This document shows positions 1 to 11,343 of a DNA stretch of 51,921 bases, one piece after another; position 1 is the first letter of the stretch, and every line of letters starts with the position of its first letter. Position numbers and translations under genes: made by a program. The DNA lies in NCBI GenBank assembly GCA_001938485.1, contig MQRK01207495.1:1-51921 (forward strand), in the 5' to 3' direction. The notes below the pieces were generated by a model that was given only the letters and a program-made list of their open reading frames with translations, ran no database searches and was not told the DNA's origin. This DNA comes from Girardia tigrina (taxonomy: Eukaryota).

Positions 1-68
1 TATATTCCTATAGCCATTATTAACATATTGCTGTTATTTTTTAGAATATTTACGGTGCTAAATTAATA

Positions 69-1253
69 ATGGGAAAAATTAAAATTCGAGCAATTTTCTT
101 GTACGAATTTAAACTGGATCGTAAAGCAGCAGAAACGGCTCGCAATATCAATAAAGCGTTTGTCAGGGGAACAGCTTCTGAGTGCACAGTGCAACGATGG
201 TTCCGAAAATTTTCTGATGGAGAAGAAAACCTTGAAGATGAAGAAGGTTGGAACAGATCCCCGTATAACAATCAGAGAACTTGCAGATGGGTTGGACATT
301 AGTCATTCAACAGTCCTGGATCATGTAAAACAACTTGGAAAAATCAAGAAACTTGATAAATGGGTTCCACATGATTTGAATGAAAATCAAAAGAACCGAC
401 GCTATGAAATTTGTTNNNNNNNNNNNNNNNNNNNNNNNNNNNNNNNNNNNNNNNNNNNNNNNNNNACTTGGAAAAATCAAGAAACTTGATAAATGGGTTC
501 CACATGATTTGAATGAAAATCAAAAGAACCGACGCTATGAAATTTGTTCTGCCAATCATCTTCGCAATAAAAACGATCCATTTGTTGACCATATTGTTAC
601 CTGTGATGAGAAATGGATCCTGTATGATAACCGACGTTGATCTGCACAGTGGTTGGAGAAAGATGAAGTATCGAAACACTTTCCAACACCGAAACTAACA
701 CCCCGTAAGGTTATGGTGACAGTTTGGTGGTGTGATGCTGGAATCATCCACTATAGTTTCTTGAATCCAGGTGAAACAATCACAGCNGAGAGGTACTGTC
801 ATGAAATTGATGAAATGCATAAGAAATTGAAAACCCTTTGTCCGGGATTTGTCAATCGAAAAAGTCCCATCCTTCTTCATGATAACGCTAGACCTCATAT
901 TTCAAAATTGACTCTTCAAAAGCTTAATGAGTTGGGCTATGAAACCATGCTTCATCCACCATATTCACCAGACCTCTCGCCAACGGACTTCTACTTTTTC
1001 AGACATTTTTACAACTTCCTACGTGAAAAAATTTTCCAAATCCAAAATGATGCTCAAAATGCCTTCCAAGAATTCGTCGCTTCGAGAAACGATGCATTTT
1101 ATGCTGATGGAATAAAACAACTTGTTTCTCGTATACAAAAATGTATTGATGCCAACGGTTCATACTTTGATTAATAAACTTTTGTTTCTGTGAATTTGCA
1201 CGTCTTTGAAGTTTGTGTCCCAAAACCGTCATTATTTTTCGACCAACCAAATA
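69..1253 (+). mobile_element. mariner (DD34D) element, pseudogenised; left TIR outside window
   Basis: HTH N-terminus (KAAETARNIN...TVQRWF), WVPHDL, TCDEKW, LHDNARPH, YSPDLSPTD motifs. Frameshift near 250 and TGA at 638-640. Mariner-type right TIR aaaaccgtcattatttttcgaccaaccaaata at ~1222-1253. Confidence 0.93.
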
Positions 1254-1879
1254 TTTCATTATATTTATGTATTTGTATAATAAAAGTAAATACAATTACA
1301 AAATTACCAAAGACACTTTTATCACAAAACGATTTAATGTCTATTTAAATAATTTAATAGATTTAAACCAACTAATACTTAATTTTAACAAATTAATATT
1401 TGTTAAAAATAAATAAATAATATTTGTTCTAAAAATAAGTTTAAAAAATTTTAAAATAACTTGATGAATTTTTTCATGTAAATTAATAATTTATAAAATA
1501 TTTTTGCGTTAAAATGTCACACTTCATTTAGTGTAACGTTTTAGGAGATTTTCTGTTAGAAGAAATAAACGAATCTAAACGGAATTTTAAATACAAATTA
1601 TTTAATGTAACCTCACATTAACAATAATTACTATCTTTAAATACTTTAAAAAATAAAAAACAACCCATCTAAATTTATGAATAAATTTTGTCTTATGTTT
1701 TCTTAAATCATCATTAGCAATTATTTGTTATATTTATTGATAATGACATCAGGAATTCTATGATCATATTTTCAAAAATGCCTTAAATTAATTTAACTGG
1801 CGTTCAGAAAGTGAATAGTAAAATTATTGGATAAGTAATGAAAGTTTTAGTTGATCAAATATTATAAGTATTGAGCTGG

Positions 1880-2600
1880 TGATCGACTTGAAAGTTCACA
1901 AATCCGGATTTTCAAAAGAAGATTGGCTTCTATCGTGGACCTCCCATCTCTTTCAAATTATTGAGCATATATGCTCTTCTGGGTCGTCTAAACCAAAGAA
2001 TTAAACAACCACCAATGAAGGTCGGAGTGTTTTGGTAATATAAGATCATCCGTGGATTAATGTTTTGTGATTGTGCAAACCTTTGACTGCGGTAAAGCAT
2101 CTAACACAGCCATGAAATGTTCCTTTGAAACTACCAAAGAGATCTGTGATCCTAAAAGCTAAATGTATACCTTTGAAACCTATAGTTTTACTTCAGCCGT
2201 TAAAGTGGTCGGAGTTTCCGCTTGTGATTGAATGTTTTCTTATGGAATATCTTCAGAAATATCGACATCTGCATTACCGGTGTTGTTGGTTTGACTATCT
2301 TCTGCTGTCTGAAATGTTGTTTTCTCAAGCTCCACAATTTCATTAGATTTGTGATAATCACGCCTTTATTATACACGATTTAATACCAGTGCCAAATAAA
2401 TTTATAAACCAAATTTGCTTGAAATGTACAAATTGTTTTCCATTTAATGAAAAGGGTCTGTTTTACATTGTATTTAATTGATTGAATCTTTAAATTACAT
2501 ATATTTCTACAAAAAAATTCTCCACAGTTTTTTTGTAATTCAGAAGGTATATATATAATATTGAGTCTTTTGAACACAAGTTTAATATTTTGAAAATATA
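1880..2600 (-). mobile_element. Degenerate Penelope-like element fragment (GIY-YIG region), tandem copy 1, interrupted by an insertion at ~1938-2368
   Basis: KWKTICTFQANLVYKF...Y upstream of the insertion and IEANLLLKIRICELSSRS downstream align with copy 2 (NKSKTVCGLQAYLVYKF / IGETNRHLKTRISEHSQMSRS). Confidence 0.65.
1938..2368 (-). mobile_element. 3' fragment of RTE-like LINE with C2H2 zinc-finger relic
   Basis: Minus strand encodes TFHGCVRCFTAVKGLHNHKTLIH (C2H2-like). It ends in gctcaataatttgaaagagatgggagg, shared with the insert at 3092-3271. Confidence 0.55.
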
Positions 2601-2623
2601 ATTTGATTAAACCTTTTTTTATA

Positions 2624-2675
2624 TAAATATTGGACATGTTTCGATGTTTACATACATCATCATCAGCAATATTTA
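2624..2675 (-). ncRNA. Minimal type I hammerhead ribozyme in PLE terminal repeat
   Basis: Minus strand: uaaauauug CUGAUGA U GAUGU-auguaa-ACAUC GAA ACAUGU C caauauuua. Perfect 9-bp stem I, 5-bp stem II, palindromic stem III, GUC cleavage triplet. Confidence 0.9.
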
Positions 2676-3091
2676 GAAATTTTGTATAAGAATATTTAAA
2701 TTGTTTTCATAACATAATTTTAAAAGGTATATTAACTTTAAATGGAAAAATTTTTAATAAATATTTTTATTTATTAAAGTATTATTGGGTAATAATGGCA
2801 AAAAAATATCTTAATTAAAAATTTAAGTATTGAAATAACCTTACTTTGCCCATTCTGAATGTTAATTGATGGGTTNNNNNNNNNNNNNNNNNNNNNNNNN
2901 NNNNNNNNNNNNNNNNNNNNNNNNNTCGTAATGTGAATCAAAACCCTTTTGTAGAACAGAAAACTCATCTTTTGAAATGGATGAGGTTCTATCTTTACAA
3001 CATAACCAATGATCAAGAACCTTACTCGATCGACTCATTTGCGAATGCTCACTTATCCGGGTTTTGAGATGACGATTTGTCTCTCCGATGT

Positions 3092-3271
3092 GGGCCTCCC
3101 ATCTCTTTCGAATAGTATTGAGCCACTAGGCTCTAATTCAATGAATATCACAAAGGTGTTCATATTCTTGTACCTAGCTTCTTCTTGGATTTTCTTTAAG
3201 AAAGAGATAGCTTGTTGGGTTCCTCTGTCTGGCCGGAATTCGAATTGCCAATTGTTGATGATTGCCACAGA
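3092..3271 (-). mobile_element. Internally deleted RTE-like LINE (RT fragment fused to 3' end)
   Basis: QFEFRPDRGTQQAISFLKKIQEEARYKNMNTFVIFI matches the non-LTR RT motif QxGFRxxRxTxxxI...FID, then ILFERDGRPT. Flanked by GATGT direct repeats at 3087-3091 and 3272-3276. Confidence 0.75.
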
Positions 3272-4936
3272 GATGTACGAGTTTTGCTACCCGTGAGAAT
3301 AAAATTTATATACCAGATAAGCTTGCAAACCACAAACTGTTTTCGATTTATTTGAGAGGAAACTTTGAACTTTGGATGTGACAGAGACTACTTTGGCACT
3401 ACTTTTTGTTCTACAAATACTCTTCTTAAAAGCTCTAAACCCTTTAGAATATTGTATCTTAATGATTTGTTTGTATTCTTCAGTACTTTCTTCTTCTAAT
3501 TGTTTTTTAAGAAGCAGTTAAAAAAACAAGAAACAATTAAAAGAAGCAAATACTGAAGAAAACAAACAAATCATTAAAATTTCATACAAACAAACAATTT
3601 TCAGACAAAACTTATAATGAAATTTGTATTTACAGGCCAAATTTATGTACATGTAATCACTATGCAATCACTAAATCATAAAAAAGACTTAATACAGTTG
3701 AATAAAATTCAATTTTCCCTGTTAGGGATTGAAATATTAAATTTAAAATTTTCGATGCATAACATAAATTTTCAAAGTAAAAATTTTCATATAAATTTTA
3801 AAACGAAAATTTAGTAAAATAAATTTAAACAAGTTATTTTAATGTATTTATTATTTTATTTTGTGCGTCTGTAATTCTAAGTAAAATGTTTCCTCCCGAA
3901 ATTAAAGGAAAATATTAAAAAATTAATTTGTTTTAATAATTTGTATTTGTGATATTACTATATTTTTTGAAAATAAATATTTTATTTTTATATGATAAAT
4001 AATTCAAATTTGTCAATACGAAACAATGATAACATGCACATTGATTTTTTAAAAAAAGCTTTTATCATCATTTCATCATATATCACTTTCCTTCAGTAAT
4101 TATTGAACTGTGAACGCAAAATCATCGTATGAGATGATAAACGAATATTTTAAAGTAATAAAGAAAGAAATTCAGTGGCTTTTGACCGGAAAAATGTAAA
4201 TTCGATTCAAAAGGTTTCATGTTTGCTTGGTGGCAAACAAGAGGCGTGATCAAATATGTGGTTCTAGCTCCCCAACCATGTAGAACATATTATCACTTTT
4301 AGTGTTTCACGCTACAATATTTTGATTGAAAAGAGTATGCAAGAATTTTCAGACTTAACAAAAACGTTTTCTCTCAAAAATATATAAAAAATGTAATTAA
4401 TAAATGAAAGTCTGATGTTTTTGTGATGTAAAACGACGTTATTTATGCGACGACCGAATTTTTTATTTATTTTCCCATGTGTATTATTTATCTTTACTTA
4501 ATTTAATATATTTTTTATTTAGGGAGTCAAATGACATTTTTTCCAAAATTCAAATATAACATTCTTTCATTTGCTTTCTATTAACAGAGACTTTCAGTTT
4601 AGTAATTTAATTTAATTTAATTCAAAAATTAATTTCTTATTTTCTATTTTGTATTTGCTTTCTGAATTTATTCTGAATTAATTAAAATAAGCCATATAAA
4701 TCAATTCTAAAAAACTGTTTTATTTAATTTGATTGAAGTTGGTTCAATGTCAAATGTCCTAATTGGATCAGAAATGAAGTATAATAAAATTGGAATCCTT
4801 TCAGAAAAATTAATATTGTTTATATTTTCATTTTTATATTTAAAATTTTATATATATATATATATATNNNNNNNNNNNNNNNNNNNNNNNNNNNNNNNNN
4901 NNNNNNNNNNNNNNNNNTTTTCATTTTTATATTTAA

Positions 4937-4986
<50 letters not shown>

Positions 4987-5683
4987 AAGTGATTAGTTTA
5001 ATTATTTACCATTTGTTTCCAATATTATCCAAAATTGTAAATTAAATTATTTATTTAAAATATTAATAAGGCTTTACTAAACGTGGAAAGACGAGCGTAA
5101 TAAATACCTAATATCATTACAAAATTTGATTTAATTTTAACAAAATATTGAAAGGATAAAATAAAATTAATAAGAATAATTTCTCTTTTTTATGGATTTA
5201 TAATTAAATATCTGGTTTTAAAATTTTATAAAATTATATTATTTACGTTGTTATTTGATTTTTTTTAATTTATAATTTTTTAATCTGTTGTGGATTTTGC
5301 TGCAGTTTGTACTGGGTCCATTTTATTCATAATTGGTTGTACATCTAAATTTTTTTTAAAAATCTTTTACAGTAATTCCGACCAATAAGATATAAAAGTA
5401 CCAAATTTTGTCAAACAATAAAATTTAAAGAAAATTTCAACAATAAAAATAAATCAAAAACATTCAAATTTCTTTTTAGCCCAAATACAATTCGTTTTAA
5501 AATAAATTTCAATTAATAATTTTGCTTCAAAATAAGGAAAACAGAAATAATTTCGTTTAAAAAATTTAGATAGCTCCTCAAAAAAATCTTAGCACTCTAA
5601 AGACGCTATCGAAGCACTATCGAAGACTCGTTACAACAATTGTTGAAATATTGAAATTCATAAAAAATGATTTTCAAATCACC

Positions 5684-5860
5684 TGACTCACAACTCGCTC
5701 TGATTGGTTAACAAATAAGAGCCAATCAATCCACACGATTAATATTTTTTTAGTGCATGATGACTCGGCACACTGGCAATCTCTCTATCTCTCTGAACTC
5801 AAATATGGTTGATAATTACACAAATAACGAGTCATCGACAAATCTAGACAAAGACCAATT
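5684..5860. promoter_or_regulatory. Candidate promoter/enhancer: AP-1 site, two opposed CCAAT boxes, ARE-like site
   Basis: TGACTCA 5684-5690, ATTGG 5703-5707, CCAAT 5722-5726, TGACTCGGCA 5761-5770, inverted ATGACTCG 5828-5835. Confidence 0.35.
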
Positions 5861-6680
5861 GTCTGGATTTGAATTCAAATAATAATGAATTAATTATTTA
5901 AATGAAATTAATATTTTTTATCTTTTTGTAATATTAATTTAAATTATTTAACATATAATTATATATATTTATCATGAAATGCGTGAATAATTTACCGATA
6001 AACAATTTAAAATAAAAAAACAAACATAATTGATTGTCTTTGGTCAAGAAGAGGAGGGCACTTGAATTATAAATAAAAATAATAAAATATTATTACAAAT
6101 TTACTTAAATTGTGAAACAAATATTCTTTAATTTTGATTGATTACAGTTATTAAGAGAATAAGGCGTATGATAGAGAATATTTGCTCGTTCAATATGTTA
6201 CAAACTTTTTGATCTTTTCAAACCAAAAACCTTTAAAGGTATTACACTGAGTTTATTGGATTTTAAGTGGAATTTTTTCAATCAGCGTCAGTGAAAAACG
6301 TTTTGTAAAATTGTAGTGTTTTCTATTTTACGTTAGTTGAAAATGACAACTACTTCAAATGTTTACCGTTTCAATGGTTTTTATTTCATAATTTTTGCTG
6401 ATAAATAAAGATTTTTCACAAATAATAATTTCTCAAGACACAGAAAAAGAATATATTTTTATTAATCTATTATAATTTCTGCGGTTTTTGTTTCAATTTC
6501 TGTCAATTTATAAAAGAAGAAAGAAAATCAATATTTTCCTCAAAAACTAGATTCAGATTGCTTTTATAATTTTGTAGAAATACTATTTGTAGTGCTTACA
6601 ACTGCTATTAGAAGTTTGTTTCTTTTAAAATTGAAGTTTGTTCTTCACTTGAAGACACTTGACCGGACTCAAAGAGTTGG

Positions 6681-6917
6681 AATGTGTACTGAAAACGTTT
6701 TTTTTAACATTTTATGTTTGCTTTTAATTGCCAAACAGCAAAATATTATATTTTTTCCTTTATAAGTCTAACTTGAAAGAAAAGCAGAAATACTGATTTG
6801 TGTTAAGCGTTTTTCGAAATATAATAAATCAGAATTATTTATATTTCTTCAAAGAAGTTTGAGCTCGTGTTTCTAAAAGTATAATAAAAAGCAAAAAAAC
6901 GTTTTTCGGTATACATT
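6681..6917. mobile_element. Possible MITE relic
   Basis: Imperfect ~24-bp inverted repeat aatgtgtactgaaaacgtttttt ... aaaaaaacgtttttcggtatacatt. Confidence 0.3.
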
Positions 6918-7467
6918 ATTAATGCTTTTTTAATTAGATAATAAAAGTGTTCATTATATTTAATTGATATGAATTCCGTTTGATAGAATATTTTTCATTT
7001 TGAAAATATTTTCTATTGTCATAACTCTCAGAGTTAAATAAATAAATACCGAAAAAGTCAATAGACGCAACAAAGCAAATAAATAAGAAATTAAATGATG
7101 AATAAATAATAATGAATGAAATAATAATCTCAATCTTATTTGATCATAATATGGCAGGGAATGTCATCTTCGCCCAAGAACCTTGGAAATCAGAAGTTGA
7201 CTCAAACGGTTTGAAGGTACTTGTTTGTTTATCATTACTACTTTTGCATTTATCTTATTACTTTGTGGCCAGAATTTAAATTTATAAATTAATGGTATTT
7301 ATACGTATTTATATAAAATGCAAATTAATGACAGCTATATTATTAGGTCTACCAGGACATTATTTTTTAATCAACAACAAATAAAAAATCAAATAATTAA
7401 CGAAAATTTTATATAAAGTGTAGTGACTTGTCTCACAAAATTATAAATATAAATAAATATCTAAATA

Positions 7468-7508
<41 letters not shown>

Positions 7509-7986
7509 TCTATCGGTTATTTCTTTAACCTACTCTGTTTATGCATCTTAAATGCCAAACATGTTGCGGCCGCTCGAAAGCTTCATACGAGGGCAATACA
7601 ATAGAGTTTCTTGATTCCGATAATTTAAATATTTTTTTGGTACGGTAGCCGTTGGGCCGTTGGTACACTCAATTATGCAAAAAAACATTATAGCTTGGTT
7701 TTGCATATTTTTGTGTGTTTCAGTAGGCAAAAAACCTGGTGGCTCCTATCTCCTCTCCAGGTATGGATGGCCGTTGGCTACGAAGAGCTCATCCACTCAT
7801 TGCTAGGTTTTGATTTTTATCCAGCTAGGTGTTCTTAGTTTTTTTGTTTTGCAAAGATTAAAGAGGTTCGAATTAGGGAGACATAATCTCGAAAAACTAT
7901 GCTTTGTATGGCTGTAGAAGCTTATCAAATTATTACTTTCAATTATTGATTTTTGTAAAAAGTAATTTATTATAATTTATAATTTA

Positions 7987-8672
7987 TTAGGTTGTTGCAA
8001 AAGGAATGCAGGTTTTTGATTTTTTTGTATTTACCGCAAAGATATACGACTAAAGCATGTATGGTGTTATACGTCATTTGAAAGTTGTATTTATATCCTC
8101 ACTACTTTCCGAAACCGAAACTCCACCAAAAGAAGGTTATGGTGACTGTTAAGTTGTCTGAAGCCGGTCTCATCCATCACAGCTTTCTGAACACAGATGA
8201 AACCACAGAGAAGTACTGCTCACAAATTAAAAAAAATACATCACGAGCTCCAAATTGTGTGCCCGAGATTGGTCAATATGAAGGGGCCAATTCTCCTCCA
8301 CGGCAACGCACGTCCACACATCGCAAAACCGATCTTACAAAAGCTAAACGAATTGGGCTACGTAACTCTGCCTCTTCCACCATACTCACAAGTCCTCTCG
8401 CCTACCGATTAACACTTTTTCAAGCATCTTGACAACTTCCTCCAGGAAATATGCTTCAAAAACCAAGACGACGCCTAAGACGCCTTTAACGCTTTCATCG
8501 AATCTAGAACTCAGGAGTTCTACACTAGGGGCATCAATAAACTTGTTTCTCGTTGACAAAAATGTATTAATTCTTATGGTTATTATTTCGATAAGTAAAG
8601 TTTATTCGGTGATGAGTTACGTTTGTTTAAAGTTTAGGTTCAAAAACCTGAATTGCTTTTGCAACAACCTAA
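7987..8672 (+). mobile_element. Internally deleted mariner with both TIRs and TA TSD
   Basis: TIRs ttaggttgttgcaaaaggaatgcaggtttttga / tcaaaaacctgaattgcttttgcaacaacctaa. TA at 7985-7986 and 8673-8674. Frameshifted catalytic half (PKPKLHQKKVMV, LHGNARPH, PPYSQVLSPTD); HTH missing. Confidence 0.93.
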
Positions 8673-8717
8673 TATTATAAAATTTTAATATTGTTCTTTA
8701 TTAAATTTCGAATATAT

Positions 8718-9146
8718 AAGGTGATCATAAAGTAACTAGCGCTTTTTAAACTGCAATAACTTTAGAATTATATTGTATTTCTTTTTAATTATAAAAGTAT
8801 CTTGAAGCTTATGCTTTAAAATTTAATTCAAAGTACATTTTGTTTAAATGTTTTAATTGTTGTTATTGTTTTAAGCGTAAGATTCAAAATGGATGTAAAT
8901 TAGCGTGTAAAAATTGTTATTTTATTTGCGCAGCATGAGTCAATGACTTTAGTAAGAAGAGAACTTCAACGACTTAAATGGAAAAATATTCCAACCAAAA
9001 GGAGTATTAGAAGCATCTTCAAAAAGTTTGAAGAAACAGGAAGCGTTCTAAATGCCCCAAAATACGGAAGACCACTAATTGATGATGAAAAGAATAATGA
9101 GATAGCAGAACATTTTAATCAAGAATCCCATTCTTCTATCAGGAAA
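8718..9146 (+). mobile_element. 5' fragment of Tc1/mariner-superfamily transposon (HTH region)
   Basis: MDVN*RVKIVILFAQHESMTLVRR...PTKRSIRSIFKKFEETGSVLNAPKYGRP, ATG at 8889. Terminus resembles that at ~20937. Confidence 0.75.
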
Positions 9147-9592
9147 TCGTTATCATCCCACACACAACCCTTGAAATCTCTCAATAATGTTATACCAAAT
9201 AATCCATTAACATATTTCCCTTTGTCATTGCAAAAGAAGGAAATCGATTTATCTCTGGTGTCTGATTCTAACCTGCAGTCTGACCATTCTTTGGGGGTCC
9301 TTGACAATAAACCAAGGCAGTTTCTCGGCTCAACCAAGCCATTAAACCCATCAACTCCGACTAATAAACCAAACAAACCATCTTTCACCAAGTCAGCCAT
9401 CGATTTAAAAAGTACACAACAATCTATTAATATTAACAAGCTAAAACCATGCATCCACAACGTTCAGTCTTCTTTTCGCCGTGGGTTCAAAATCATTATT
9501 CTTGTATAGCTCTCACTAAGACTTGACATGACCAAGTATCGTTCCATCATGCACCGCATCTTTCGTTGGGGGCTGATGCAGTGGTCATCTTT
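9147..9592 (+). mobile_element. Possible 5' fragment of a LINE (start of APE endonuclease)
   Basis: Low-complexity P/S/K stretch then CIHNVQSSFRRG...LRLD...FRWG, loosely like the RTE APE start (WNVRSxxxxGK...ExRWxG). Confidence 0.35.
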
Positions 9593-11286
9593 GTAAGAAA
9601 AATTTAGAAAATTAATTTCTATATAAATAAATTAAATATACATATAAATAAATATATTAAAATTACCATATAAAATATCTATAACACAAATAAAAACAAT
9701 TTGTTTATTCGAATTACTTTTTGAAAAAAAATTTGAATTTAAAATAAAATCTTTCTTTCAATTGTTTTTTACTTTTCATAATCAAATGAAACTCCGTAAT
9801 TATCCGTTGAGTCATTTCGCACATAAAAGTAGCAAATAAACAAACAAACAGACGAAATGAGTTAATATAATCGTGGCAAAAATATAAATTTTCATATTAA
9901 AATTTCTTATCATTCTTTTCATAATTAAAATTTTTTTCTGTACGATTTAAGGATTCTGACTATAAATAATCCAATTTTTAGGAAATTATTTCTCAAATAT
10001 AGTTTATAATTTTTTTTCTACAATTTTGCTTCATTATTTATTAGAAAAATCACTGAAAAAATTTTTTAATTGAAGTATAATGTCAAAATATCAAAAGTTT
10101 CTATTACTAAGAATTGTTTATCAAGACATTTTTGACGATTTTTTTACAAAAAAGCAGAGAGTCATTAATCAAACTGTTCTTGAAGGTAGGTATGACAGTT
10201 TTCACAAAACCAAATTCTGGTTTTTTTCTTGGAAGAATTTTCGGTCTTCTTATATAACGATTTATCAAAAATTAAACATTTAAATGCTTCAATTGTTTGA
10301 AGGAGTTTGAAACTGAGAAGCAAATGAGATTGTCCACTTCAATTATCCCGTTGGTTTCATCAATTAGATAATTGGAAAACTATTGAAGATTTTGAAACAT
10401 TTCCTCTATTTGTGTCAAATTCACTAATTTATGTATATTCAATTACGTTGTCTCATTGGCGGAGGAAAATAAAAGGAAGAGGAAAATGAATATTTTTATA
10501 TCATAAAATAATAACTTTAAAAAAATGAAAAATTAAGATTGATAAAAATATATATTGAAATATTTAATTTTATTCACATGAGAAATTGTGAAATAAAATT
10601 TTTTTGTCCTTTCATTATATAAATTAAAACCAAATGAATAAATATATAAAATATTATTTTTTTTACAAAAAAATATTATGTTTTATAAGTTTAATATACA
10701 GTAATAAATTTTTTTTAAGGTTTCGAAAAAAATGTTTCATCATATTATAATATTAATTATAATTATAAATTTATATTATTTTATAATAAAATTGATACAT
10801 ACCATGGGTAACAACCTATGCTGTACAAGAGGTAGGTAGTAAACCTCTTTTTTTCAGATACCAATCCCTGATAGAACCATTCTTAAAATTATTGAATGAC
10901 CTTCATCCTTACTTTACGTTGTACATTACTGATAGAAAACATAAATAAACACCACTAGAAAAGAAAAAAATACATATCAAATTGGTTTTAAGAAGGTGGA
11001 TATTGATGATCACCAATGCCTTTGAATTATTGGCGGGGTTTGATGAAGCAAGATGATTATATAAGCTGTTTTAACTTGAATCGATTTAATACTATTTAAA
11101 TGAAAAGCAGAAACAAGAACATTTCAAAGCACTTTTTTGATCTTGCTTTCTTTCATAAAATGGTCATTTTTCGAATCGAATTTAGATATGATGAAAATGA
11201 ATCTAATATAGTAATTAAAAAGGTTTTGCAAAATGTTTGGTCGAGAACATATCAAAGACAAATCCATAATTTGATAAATGAAAATT

Positions 11287-11288
<2 letters not shown>

Positions 11289-11340
<52 letters not shown>
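11289..11340. repeat. (AAT)n microsatellite
   Basis: About 17 tandem AAT units. Confidence 0.95.

Positions 11341-11343
<3 letters not shown>

Larger units (their letters stand above)
2600..3577 (-). mobile_element. Penelope-like element 3' fragment (GIY-YIG + 3' terminal repeat), tandem copy 2, with 5' fold-back
   Basis: QYSKGFRAFKKSI...KVQSF, NKSKTVCGLQAYLVYKFYSHG*QNSYI | GETNRHLKTRISEH...VLDHWLCC...FSVL...NPSINIQ. Hammerhead lies downstream. 47-bp inverted repeat at 3459-3505 / 3531-3577. Confidence 0.85.

Noticed and set aside
325-550. Apparent tandem duplication inside the mariner transposase
   Set aside because: Identical sequence on both sides of a 50-N gap: unmerged contig overlap.
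4130-4300. Possible Tc1/maT C-terminal relic (KPLNFFLYYFKIFVY, minus strand)
   Set aside because: Too degenerate to support.
4826-4985. Duplicated sequence and IYIY ORF
   Set aside because: Gap overlap plus TA microsatellite translation.
7530-7900. Possible piggyBac cysteine-rich C-terminus (RNQETLLYCP)
   Set aside because: No catalytic motifs or clear TTAA-bounded TIRs.
8943-9509. 188-aa ORF as a novel gene
   Set aside because: Chance in-frame junction of a transposase HTH fragment (with an upstream stop) and an unrelated fragment.
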